Assembly (NCBI GenBank): GCA_964655175.1
Contig: CAZZLY010000004.1
Coordinates: forward strand, 15,465-79,464
DNA: 64,000 nucleotides
Direction of reading: 5' to 3'
From: an uncultured bacterium
Lineage (GTDB): Bacteria > Eisenbacteria > RBG-16-71-46
The notes beneath the pieces were generated by a model. That model saw only the letters and a program-made list of their open reading frames with translations. It made no database searches and had not been told where the DNA came from. This document shows, one piece after another, positions 9,066-17,964 of this stretch. Made by a program: the position numbers and the translations under genes. Each line of letters opens with the position of its first letter. Position 1 is the first letter of the stretch.

Positions 9066-10075
9066 TGCGTGTCCTGCACGCACCGTCGGAGATCGCCGGG
9101 CAGCCGAGCATCCTCGCGCGCGCCCTGCGCGACCTCGGGGTCGAGGCGTGGTCGCTCGCGACCAATCCGACGTTCGCGCAGTACCACCCCGACGAGCACC
9201 CGCCGCTCGATGCGCAGCCGCTGCTGCCGCGTTATCTGGGTTACGCCGGGCTCGTCGCCCGACACCTGACGCGGCACGACGTGTTCCACTTCCATTTCGG
9301 GCGCACGTTGATCCCGCCGCACAACCTCGACCTGCCGCTCTACCGCGCGGCGGGCAAGAAGCTCGTGTTCCACTACCACGGCTGCGACGTGCGCGATCGC
9401 GCGCACATGCTGGCCACGCATCGCTGGTCCACGTGCACCGAGTGCGAGCCGTTCTGCCTGCCCAAGCGCCAGCAGCGCATCCTGGGCGAGGCGCGCGCGC
9501 ACGCGCACGCGCAGATCGTCTCGACGCCCGACCTGCTCGAGAGCGTGCCCGACGCCGAGCAGGTGCACGTCGCCGCGTGGCTGCCGGACTACGAACCCGC
9601 GCCGTTCCGCGAGACGCCGCGCCTCGTGCTGCACGCGCCCACGAACCGCCTCATCAAGGGCACGCGCTTCGTCGAGGCGGCGTTCGAGGCGTTGCGCCCG
9701 CGATTCCCGGGCGTGGAGTTCCGCACCGTCGAGCGCCTGCCGTGGCGCGAGCTGCGCGACCTCATGCGCACGTGCGACGTGCTCGTGGATCAGACGTTCA
9801 TGGGCTGGTACGGCATGGTCGCGGTCGAGGCGATGGCGCTGGCGCGACCGGCGCTCGCGTATCTGCGGCCCGACTTCGAGTCGCGCGCGACCGGTTGCCC
9901 GCTCGTGCGCATCACGGTGGACACCCTCGCCGACGAACTGGCGGCGCTGCTGCAGGACGCCCCGCGTCGGCGCGCCCTGGGCGAGGCCGGGCGCGCCTGG
10001 GTCGAGCACACGCACGACGCGCACGTCATCGCGCGCCGACTGGTGGCGCTGTACCAGCGGATCGGGGCCGCATGA
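9065..10075 (+). CDS. GT4-like glycosyltransferase
   Basis: GT-B fold C-terminal half (LVLHAPTNRLIKGTRFVEAAF...MGWYGMVAVEAMALARPALAY). TGATG overlap with the upstream gene. Confidence 0.65.
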   Translation: MRVLHAPSEIAGQPSILARALRDLGVEAWSLATNPTFAQYHPDEHPPLDAQPLLPRYLGYAGLVARHLTRHDVFHFHFGRTLIPPHNLDLPLYRAAGKKLVFHYHGCDVRDRAHMLATHRWSTCTECEPFCLPKRQQRILGEARAHAHAQIVSTPDLLESVPDAEQVHVAAWLPDYEPAPFRETPRLVLHAPTNRLIKGTRFVEAAFEALRPRFPGVEFRTVERLPWRELRDLMRTCDVLVDQTFMGWYGMVAVEAMALARPALAYLRPDFESRATGCPLVRITVDTLADELAALLQDAPRRRALGEAGRAWVEHTHDAHVIARRLVALYQRIGAA

Positions 10076-11514
10076 GCCTGCGCGACTCGCTGCGCAAGCT
10101 GTCGGGCGAATCGCTCGTGTACGGCCTCGGGCAGGTGAGCGGCCGCGCCGTCAACCTGCTGCTCGTGCCCGTGCTCACGCGCGTGCTGCTCAAGCAGCAG
10201 TTCGGCGTCGCCGAGCTCGTCACCGGTTATTCGGCGAGCCTGCTGCTCGTGCTCGTGTTCGGCATGGACGGCGCGCTCGCGCGGTTCTTCTACCAGCAGG
10301 ACGACCGCGCCGCGCGCGTGCGCATGACATCGTCGTCGTTCCTGTTCCGGCTCGTGACCGGCGGCACGATCGCGGGGCTGCTCGCGGTGGGGGCGGGGCC
10401 GCTCGCCGAACATCTGATGGGCGGCGGCGTCTACGCCAAGTACCTGCGGCTCGGCGCGCTCACGCTGCCGTGCACGCTGCTGGTGTTGTGGTGCAACGAC
10501 GTGCTGCGCGTCACGTTCCAGCCGTGGAAGTTCGTCACGCTCAACGTCACGCAGACCGTGCTCGTGGGTGGGATCACGCTGTATCTGGTGCTCGTGCGGC
10601 AGTTGGGCGTGGTGGGCGTGCTGTACGGCAAGCTCGCGGGCGATGCCCTCGCGGCGCTGCTCGGCGTCGTGCTGTGCCGCCATCACATCCGGCCCGCGTT
10701 CGACCCCGCGATCCTGCGTCGCATGCTCGCGTACGGGGTGCCGCTCGTGCCGGTGGCGTTCGCGTACGGTGTGATCGGCTCGGTGGACCGGTGGGCGCTG
10801 CAGCGGTTCGCGTCGCTCGACGAGGTCGGCACCTACGCGCTCGCGATCAAGTTCTTCGCCGTCGTGACCATGGGCGTGTCGGCGTTCCAGTTGGCGTTCA
10901 TGCCGTTCGCGTTCGCGCGTGCCCAGGACCCGGAGGCGCCGCGGCTGTACGCGCGCGTGCTGGGGCTGTACGTGGCGATCGCCACCGCCGGGGCGCTCGC
11001 CTGCGGCCTGCTGGCGCCGCTCGGCATCCAGTTGCTGGCCACCCGCGACTACGCCGCGGCCTCGCGTCCCGCGCTCTGGCTGGCCTTTGCCGCGGTCGCG
11101 CAGGGCGCCTATTATGTGGCCGCTCTGGGCATCAACCTGTCCCTCCGCAACGGCCTGCTCGGGGTCTCGGCGGGACTCGCCGCGCTGCTCGCGGCGGTCG
11201 CGAACGTGGTCCTGGTGCCGCGCCTGGGCGCGGAGGGGGCGGCGATCGCGACGTTCGCGGGCTACACGGCGTCGGCGGTGTTCACCTACGGCCTCGCGCA
11301 ACGCGTGTATCCGCTGCCGTACCGCGGGGCACGGCTCGCGGTGCTGTTCGGAGTGGGAGTGGCGATCGGCGCCGTCGCGGTGCGCTTCGCCCCGGCCGGT
11401 GTCGCCGGGGTGGGGTGGCGCATCGCGGCGCTCGCGGCCTACGCGCTGCTCGCCTGGAAGAGTGACGTGTGGAAGGACCGAGGCGCGATCCGGCACCGGC
11501 CGGCATCGGCCTGA
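10072..11514 (+). CDS. wzx: Wzx-type oligosaccharide flippase (MOP/polysaccharide biosynthesis protein family)
   Basis: Polytopic with about 12 to 14 TM helices. N-terminal SGESLVYGLGQVSGRAVNLLLVPVLTR is typical of the Polysacc_synt family. Confidence 0.75.
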   Translation: MSLRDSLRKLSGESLVYGLGQVSGRAVNLLLVPVLTRVLLKQQFGVAELVTGYSASLLLVLVFGMDGALARFFYQQDDRAARVRMTSSSFLFRLVTGGTIAGLLAVGAGPLAEHLMGGGVYAKYLRLGALTLPCTLLVLWCNDVLRVTFQPWKFVTLNVTQTVLVGGITLYLVLVRQLGVVGVLYGKLAGDALAALLGVVLCRHHIRPAFDPAILRRMLAYGVPLVPVAFAYGVIGSVDRWALQRFASLDEVGTYALAIKFFAVVTMGVSAFQLAFMPFAFARAQDPEAPRLYARVLGLYVAIATAGALACGLLAPLGIQLLATRDYAAASRPALWLAFAAVAQGAYYVAALGINLSLRNGLLGVSAGLAALLAAVANVVLVPRLGAEGAAIATFAGYTASAVFTYGLAQRVYPLPYRGARLAVLFGVGVAIGAVAVRFAPAGVAGVGWRIAALAAYALLAWKSDVWKDRGAIRHRPASA

Positions 11515-11535
11515 ACAACCGAAAGGCGGAAGACC

Positions 11536-13611
11536 ATGTGCGGCATCGCGGGACTCTATGACCGACACGGACGCGCGGACCTGGGTCGCCTGCAGGCCAT
11601 GTCGCATCTGCTGCGCCATCGCGGCCCCGACGACGAGGGCATGGTGCAGATCGACGCCCTCGGTGGGCAGTCGTTCACGCACGGCGGCGCCGACACGCCG
11701 AGCGCGGTGTTCCGCTCCGGGCTGCCGTGGGCGCCGGGGCAGGCGCGCGGCGAGTCGCGCACCGCGTCTTACGGTGTGGCGCTGGCGCACCGCCGCCTGT
11801 CGATCGTGGATCTGGAGCCCACGGGTCACCAGCCCATGTGCGACCCGCAGGCCCGCCACTGGATCGTGTTCAACGGCGAGGTCTACAACCACGTCGAGCT
11901 GCGCGCCGAACTCGAGCAGAAGGGCGTGAAGCTGGTGGGCAAGAGCGACACCGAGGTGATCCTGGCCGCCTACCGCACGTGGGGCGAGGACTGCCTGTCG
12001 CACTTCAACGGCATGTTCGCGCTCGCGATCTGGGACGCCGACCGCCGCCATCTGTTCTGCGCGCGCGACCGCATGGGCGTGAAGCCGTTCTACTACCAGT
12101 TCGACGGCTCGTCGTTCGCGTTCGCCTCCGAGGCGAGCGCGCTGGTGCTCACGCAGTCGTGGCGCATCCAGCCGCACCTGCCCGCGGTGCGCGACCTGCT
12201 CGCGCTCGACTGGGTGGACCACGAGACGCACACGTTCTTCCAGGGCACGCAGCAGCTGCCCGCCGGCCACTGGCTCACGGTGGGTGAGGACGGCCTGCGC
12301 GTCGCGCGCTGGTGGGGACTCGACCCCGAGCGTCGCGCGAGCGGCACGAGCGCGGATCTCGCGCAGCAGTTCGGCGAGCTGTTCACCGACGCGGTCAAGC
12401 TGCGCCTGCGCGCCGACGTCGAGGTGGGTTCGTGCCTGTCGGGCGGCCTCGATTCCAGCGCGGTGGTCACCACCGCGGCGAAGCTCGCCCCCAAGGGCCT
12501 GCACGCGTTCACCTGTGCCTACGACGAGGGCCCGGCCTTCGACGAGCGCCCGTACGTGCGCGCCGTCGCGGAGGCGAGCGGTGCCTCGTCGCACGTCACC
12601 GTGCCGGACGGCGGCGACCTGTGGAGCGTGATCGATGCGCTCGCCGCCGAGCAGGGTGAACCCACCGCGGGCCCGGGCGTGTACTCGCAGTGGCACGTCA
12701 TGAAGCTGGCGCGCGAGAAGGGCCTCAAGGTCCTGCTCGACGGTCAGGGCGGCGACGAGACCCTGGCGGGCTACTTCCGTTATCTGCCCACGCGCCTGCG
12801 CGACCTGGCGGTCGCGGGGCAGTGGGGCGAGTTCGGTCGTCTGTGGGGGCCGGTGACCGACAAGCTCGGCGTCGGCACCGTGGCGCTGCACACGTTCGAG
12901 CCGTTCCTGCCGGGCCCGCTCGTGGCCGCGCTGCGCCGTCGCTACGGGCAGGGCAAGGATCGCGTGCTCTCGAGCGCGCTGCGCAAGGTGGGCTCGCACG
13001 CGCCGCACGTGCACGGCTCGTCGCGTTCGGCCCTGTGGGACCAGCTCGCGTTCGACGTCACCGTGCGTCAGCTGCCGAGCCTGCTGCGTTACGAGGATCG
13101 CAGCAGCATGGCGTTCGGCATCGAGACGCGTCTGCCGTTCCTGGATTACCGCCTCGTGGAGTTCGCGTTCTCGCTGCCCGACACGGCGCGGCTCGACGGC
13201 ACCACGACCAAGGCCATCGCGCGCCGTGCGCTCGGCGACCGCGTCCCCAAGAGCGTGCTCGAGCGTCGCGACAAGATGGGCTTCGAGACGCCCACGGACC
13301 TGTGGCTGCGCGGTCGTCACGCGGCCGAGCTGCGCGCCCGACTCACGCGCCGTGGCCCGTTCCAGGACTGGGTCGATCCGGCGGTCGTGCAGGCGTCGCT
13401 CGACGACTACCTCGCGGGCCGTCGCGCCATCGGGCTGCAGATCTGGCGCTGGCTGTCGCTCGAGGCGTGGTCGCAGCACTGGCTCGCGCGCGATCCGCGG
13501 GTGACCGGTCGACCGCTCGGCACCTCGATCCACGCCGGTCAGCACGTCGGCTACGTCGAGGCGGTGGAGCGACTCGAGTCCGACCTCGCGGCGGGCGTGT
13601 ACGCCGGCTGA
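11536..13611 (+). CDS. asnB: Asparagine synthase (glutamine-hydrolysing) family amidotransferase
   Basis: N-terminal MCGIAG (Cys2 nucleophile). ...FNGEVYNH...; SGGLDSS PP-loop motif. Confidence 0.9.
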   Translation: MCGIAGLYDRHGRADLGRLQAMSHLLRHRGPDDEGMVQIDALGGQSFTHGGADTPSAVFRSGLPWAPGQARGESRTASYGVALAHRRLSIVDLEPTGHQPMCDPQARHWIVFNGEVYNHVELRAELEQKGVKLVGKSDTEVILAAYRTWGEDCLSHFNGMFALAIWDADRRHLFCARDRMGVKPFYYQFDGSSFAFASEASALVLTQSWRIQPHLPAVRDLLALDWVDHETHTFFQGTQQLPAGHWLTVGEDGLRVARWWGLDPERRASGTSADLAQQFGELFTDAVKLRLRADVEVGSCLSGGLDSSAVVTTAAKLAPKGLHAFTCAYDEGPAFDERPYVRAVAEASGASSHVTVPDGGDLWSVIDALAAEQGEPTAGPGVYSQWHVMKLAREKGLKVLLDGQGGDETLAGYFRYLPTRLRDLAVAGQWGEFGRLWGPVTDKLGVGTVALHTFEPFLPGPLVAALRRRYGQGKDRVLSSALRKVGSHAPHVHGSSRSALWDQLAFDVTVRQLPSLLRYEDRSSMAFGIETRLPFLDYRLVEFAFSLPDTARLDGTTTKAIARRALGDRVPKSVLERRDKMGFETPTDLWLRGRHAAELRARLTRRGPFQDWVDPAVVQASLDDYLAGRRAIGLQIWRWLSLEAWSQHWLARDPRVTGRPLGTSIHAGQHVGYVEAVERLESDLAAGVYAG

Positions 13612-13615
13612 CGCC

Positions 13616-14740
13616 TTGGACCTGCTCGTCCTCTCGGAGGTGCGCTGGGGCTACTTCCGCACGCGGAAGCAGTTCCTGCTCTCGCGGTTCCCGGAGCCCT
13701 GGCGCATCTTCTTCGCCCAGCCGCCGGCGTTCGGTTCCGACGACCCGTGGGAGCCGCGACAGGAGGGGCGGGTCACCGTGTTCACGGTGCCGTTCCTCAA
13801 GCCCGGCACGACGAGCCCGCTGTACAACCGCGTCGCGGCCACCGCGCCCGGACGGGCCCTGATCGAGGGGGTGGCCGAGGTCTGGCTGACCCGGATGCTG
13901 GCCCGGCTCGGGGTGGACCCCGAGCCCGTGGTGCTGGCGTCCAACATCTACGCGCCCGCACTCCTTTCGCGGCTCCGTAAGAAACTGGTACTCTACGACT
14001 TCAACGACCATCCGCTGCAGTTCGCGGCCTCGCCGACGTGGGCGCCGCCGTACCTCCAGCGCACCCTCGCGCAGGCGCAGGGGGTGTTCGTGGTCTCGGA
14101 GTACTACCGCCGCACCCTGGCCGCGGAGACCGACCGTCCCTTGATCCTGCTCGGCAACGGAGTCGAGATGGCGCATTTCGAGGCGCCCCGCACCCTGCCC
14201 GCCGACCTCGCCGCCCTGCCGCGGCCGCGGATCGGCTACGTCGGGCTGCTCTCGCACTTCCTGGACTTCGAGCTGCTCGAGTCGCTGCGCCGGAACCGGC
14301 GCGGGGGCACCGTGGTACTGGTGGGGCCGGGCAGTCCCGCGACCGACGCGGCGGTGGCCGAGTTCGCGCGCCGCGAGGGCGTCGCCGTGCTGGGCCCGCG
14401 CCCGTACGCCGACGTGCCGGCCTACATGCAGGGCCTCGACGTGGGCGTCATCCCGTTCCGTGCCGCCGATCCGTTCGTGCAGGGCATCAATCCCAACAAG
14501 GTGTACCAGTACCTCGCCGCCGGTCTGCCCGTGATCACGACGCCGCTGCTCGACCTCGCCCCGAGCGCCCCCGACCTGCTGTTCGCGGGGACGCCCGACG
14601 AGGTCGCGGTCGCGTTGGGGCAGGCGCTCGACGCGCAGGCCGACCCCGCACGGCGGCGCGCGCTCGCGCGTCCGCACGACTGGGACGTGCTGGCCGCGCG
14701 CATGGTGGCCGAGATCGAAGCGCGACTCGCCGTCGCCTGA
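13616..14740 (+). CDS. GT4 glycosyltransferase (TuaH-like)
   Basis: GT-B C-terminal domain (IGYVGLLSHFLDFELL...GPRPYADVPAYMQGLDVGVIPF...NKVYQYLAAGLPVITTP). TTG start at 13616, so the start is uncertain. Confidence 0.7.
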   Translation: MDLLVLSEVRWGYFRTRKQFLLSRFPEPWRIFFAQPPAFGSDDPWEPRQEGRVTVFTVPFLKPGTTSPLYNRVAATAPGRALIEGVAEVWLTRMLARLGVDPEPVVLASNIYAPALLSRLRKKLVLYDFNDHPLQFAASPTWAPPYLQRTLAQAQGVFVVSEYYRRTLAAETDRPLILLGNGVEMAHFEAPRTLPADLAALPRPRIGYVGLLSHFLDFELLESLRRNRRGGTVVLVGPGSPATDAAVAEFARREGVAVLGPRPYADVPAYMQGLDVGVIPFRAADPFVQGINPNKVYQYLAAGLPVITTPLLDLAPSAPDLLFAGTPDEVAVALGQALDAQADPARRRALARPHDWDVLAARMVAEIEARLAVA

Positions 14741-14761
14741 TCCCCCGGAGAACGAACCCCG

Positions 14762-17248
14762 ATGAGCCACGCCGACCCCCGCAAGACCTCCCGCAAGAGC
14801 GGACCCACCACGACGCGCCGTGCTGTTGCGCCCGCGTCCGGCGGCTTCACGCTGACGACCGGTGTGGTCGCCGCGCTGCTCGGGCTGCTGACGGTGATCT
14901 TCTTCCGCGAGGTCGTGTTCGCGGGCCGCACGTTCGTCTCGCCCGACGCCACCGCGCCGCTCGGGTTCGTGCGCATCGGTGAGCTGTCGCTGTGGAAGGA
15001 TCACGTCTATCCGCTGTGGAACCCGTTCACGTTCCTCGGCATGCCGTCGTTCGGTTCGGGCGCTTACAACCCGCTCATCTACCCGCCCGATTGGCCGCTC
15101 GCGCTGGTGCAGAAGGTGCTGCCGCTGCCCGAGATGACGTGGCTGCTGCTCTACTACTTCCTGGGCGCGTTCTTCATGTGGCAGCTGGCGCGCGAGTGGG
15201 GCGCGCGCAGCGAGGCCGCGCTGGTCGCGGCGTTGGCGTTCGTGTTCCAGCCCAACCTGATCGCGGTCGGCGTGCACGGTCACGGCAGTCAGCTCGTGGA
15301 CTCGGCCTATCTGCCGCTCATGCTGTGGCTCGCCTCGCGCTGGCTGCGCGCCGGGCGCACGCCGGATCTGGGTTGGCTCGCGCTCGCGGGCGGCTTCCAG
15401 TTCCTGCGCGGTCACGTGCAGATCTGCTTCTACACGTGGATGGCGATCGGCCTGTACGCGCTGGTGCAACTCGTGCGCGGCGTGCGCACGGACGAGCGCA
15501 ACACCGTGATCGTGCGCGTGCTCGCGCTGGGCGCGGCCGCGGCGCTCGCGTTCGGCGTGGCGGGCGTGTACAACCTGCCGCTCAAGGACTACGCGCAGTA
15601 CTCCATGCGTGCCTCGGCCGCCGGCGGGGGCGCGCCGCTCGAGTACGCGACCTCGTGGAGCATGGCGCCCTACGAACTGCCGAGCCTCGTGTTCCCCAAC
15701 TTCGTCGGCTTCGGCGGACAGGGGTACTGGGGCGGGATGCCGTTCACGGACTACCCGAACGGCTTCATCGGCGTGATCATCGCGCTGCTCGCGATCGTCG
15801 GCTTCGTCGCGCGCGGCACCTCGACGCCGGGCGCCAAGCCGTTCGCGATCGGGCTCGGCGTGCTCGCGCTGCTCGTGGCGATGGGCAAGAACATGCCGCT
15901 GTACGCGGTGCTCTACGACCACCTGCCGATGTTCAACAAGTTCCGCATCCCGGTCATGATCCTGATCCTGTTCCAGTTGGCGACCGCGCTCGCGGCCGCC
16001 TGGGGCTGGACCGCGCTGACGCGACCCGCGAGCAAGGGCGGGCGCGACGCGGTGGACACGGCGCTGCTCGTGTGCGCGGGGCTGCTCGCGCTGTGCGGCG
16101 TGCTCGGCGTGTTCGTGGGCGAGGGGCTGCGGCCGTGGTACGTGAATCAGGCGCTGTCGCACAATCCGCAGTTCCCGGGCGAGTTCGCGCGCGGCATCTT
16201 CCCGCTGTTCCTCGGTGACCTGCGCGGGGTGGCGTTCCTGGGCCTCGCCGTGGTCGCGGTGGCGTGGTTCACGCGTCGCGGCACGCTGTCCGCGTTCGTG
16301 GGCTCGGGGATCGTGCTCGTGCTGCTGCTCGTCGAACTGTGGCCGATCAGCACGCAGGTCATGGCGCCGACGATCGGCGACCCGGTCACGCGCAACACCG
16401 ATCAGGGCCGCGACGACGTCATCCAGTGGCTCGAGCAGAACGCCGGGCCGGCGGGGACGTACCGCGTGTTCTATCCCGAGTCCGAGTGGTTCCAGGACAA
16501 TCGCGCCGCGGGCTTCGGCATCGCGGTGACCGGTGGGCGGCACTCCGCCAAGACGCGGCTGTGGCAGGAACTCAGCGACCGCCGTGCGTTCTACCAGTTG
16601 CCGTGGAACGCGCTCCTCAACACGCGCTACTGGGTGTTCTCGCGTCCGTTCTCGCCGCAGGACGTCCCGGCGGGCTGGGCCGACATGCTCGAGCAGGTCT
16701 ACGTGGGCGCGTCCGGCGTCGTGTACCGGTTCCGGCTCGCGATGCCGCGCGCCATGCTCGTGGGCTCGTGGACCGTCGTGCCCGACACGGGCACCGCGGT
16801 GATCGATTCGGTGGCCGCGGTCGAGCGCAACATCGCCTCGCACACCTACCTCACTCAGGACCCGGGCATCCCGTCGGGGGCGGCCGATTCGGTCGGCACC
16901 GCCACGATCACCGAGTACGGCCTGCACCGCGTCGCGATCACCACCGAGGGCTCGCGCCCGGCGGTGCTGCGGCTCGCCGACCTGTACTACCCCGACTGGC
17001 GGGTGACGGTCGACGGCAAGGCGTCGCCGCTGCTGCGTGCGGATCACGCGCTGCGCGGTGTCGCGGTGCCCGCGGGACGACACGAGGTCGTGTTCACGTT
17101 CCACTCGGGCGCGTTCACGCTCGGACTGTGGACCTCGATCGTCAGTGCCGCGATCGCCGTGGCCCTGTTGCTGCTGGGCCTGCGTCGGCGCGTCGAGCCG
17201 GCCGCGGCGGCGAGCGACGCGGCGAGCGGGGAGGGGGCGACCGCCTGA
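14762..17248 (+). CDS. YfhO-family GT-C membrane glycosyltransferase
   Basis: 828 aa polytopic N-terminal domain plus large extracytoplasmic C-terminal domain. YfhO-like hallmarks (NPFTFLGMPSFG, QFLRGHVQICFYTWM) and a late TM helix near the C-terminus. Confidence 0.7.
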   Translation: MSHADPRKTSRKSGPTTTRRAVAPASGGFTLTTGVVAALLGLLTVIFFREVVFAGRTFVSPDATAPLGFVRIGELSLWKDHVYPLWNPFTFLGMPSFGSGAYNPLIYPPDWPLALVQKVLPLPEMTWLLLYYFLGAFFMWQLAREWGARSEAALVAALAFVFQPNLIAVGVHGHGSQLVDSAYLPLMLWLASRWLRAGRTPDLGWLALAGGFQFLRGHVQICFYTWMAIGLYALVQLVRGVRTDERNTVIVRVLALGAAAALAFGVAGVYNLPLKDYAQYSMRASAAGGGAPLEYATSWSMAPYELPSLVFPNFVGFGGQGYWGGMPFTDYPNGFIGVIIALLAIVGFVARGTSTPGAKPFAIGLGVLALLVAMGKNMPLYAVLYDHLPMFNKFRIPVMILILFQLATALAAAWGWTALTRPASKGGRDAVDTALLVCAGLLALCGVLGVFVGEGLRPWYVNQALSHNPQFPGEFARGIFPLFLGDLRGVAFLGLAVVAVAWFTRRGTLSAFVGSGIVLVLLLVELWPISTQVMAPTIGDPVTRNTDQGRDDVIQWLEQNAGPAGTYRVFYPESEWFQDNRAAGFGIAVTGGRHSAKTRLWQELSDRRAFYQLPWNALLNTRYWVFSRPFSPQDVPAGWADMLEQVYVGASGVVYRFRLAMPRAMLVGSWTVVPDTGTAVIDSVAAVERNIASHTYLTQDPGIPSGAADSVGTATITEYGLHRVAITTEGSRPAVLRLADLYYPDWRVTVDGKASPLLRADHALRGVAVPAGRHEVVFTFHSGAFTLGLWTSIVSAAIAVALLLLGLRRRVEPAAAASDAASGEGATA

Positions 17249-17964
17249 TGGAGAAGCTCGTCATCATCCCCACCTACAACGAGGTCGAGAACATCGACGT
17301 CCTGCTCGAGCGATTGCTCGCGCTGCCGTACGGGCTCGACGTGCTCGTGGTGGATGACGGCTCGCCCGACGGCACGGCCGACCACGTCAAGGCGTGGCAG
17401 GCCAGGTCCTCGCGCGTCCATCTGCTGCAGCGGCCCGGTAAGATGGGGCTGGGCTCGGCGTACCGCGACGGCTTCCGTTACGCGCTGGCGAACGGTGCCG
17501 AGTACATCTTCGAGATGGATGCGGATTTCTCGCACGACCCGGATGCGATCGGCGACTTCCTCGAGGCCGCCAAGGACGCCGACATCGTGCTCGGCTCGCG
17601 CTATCTGCACGGCGTGACGGTCGTGAACTGGCCGTTGTCGCGACTGATCCTGTCGTACTCGGCCAACGTCTACACGCGCATCATCACGGGCATGCCGCTC
17701 GCCGATGCCACGGGTGGTTTCAAGTGCTTCCGTCGGCGTGCGCTCGAGGGCATCCGGCTCGACCGCGTCAAGACCGAGGGCTACGGCTTCCAGATCGAGA
17801 TGTCGTTCCGCTGCTGGAAGCGCGGCTTCCGCATCAAGGAGATCCCGATCGTGTTCGTGGATCGTCGCGCGGGCGTCTCCAAGATGAACAAGAAGATCGT
17901 GTATGAGGCCGCCGGGTTGGTGTGGAAGCTTCGGTTGCTCGACCTGTTGGGGCGCCTCGAATGA
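17248..17964 (+). CDS. Polyprenol-phosphate mannose synthase (Ppm1/DPM1-like GT2)
   Basis: MEKLVIIPTYNEVENI...VVDDGSPDGT...EMDADFSHDP...GFKCFRR. Soluble DPM1-type architecture, 238 aa. Confidence 0.85.
   Translation: MEKLVIIPTYNEVENIDVLLERLLALPYGLDVLVVDDGSPDGTADHVKAWQARSSRVHLLQRPGKMGLGSAYRDGFRYALANGAEYIFEMDADFSHDPDAIGDFLEAAKDADIVLGSRYLHGVTVVNWPLSRLILSYSANVYTRIITGMPLADATGGFKCFRRRALEGIRLDRVKTEGYGFQIEMSFRCWKRGFRIKEIPIVFVDRRAGVSKMNKKIVYEAAGLVWKLRLLDLLGRLE

Noticed and set aside
9790-13545. 1251 aa minus-strand ORF spanning the wzx-asnB region
   Set aside because: Same high-GC shadow-ORF signature (runs of R, A, G, E). It is antisense to asnB and the flippase, which carry clear catalytic motifs.
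13343-17104. 1253 aa minus-strand ORF antisense to GT4/YfhO
   Set aside because: Low-complexity Arg-rich translation, no motifs. The + strand genes have strong family signatures and coupled start/stop overlaps.
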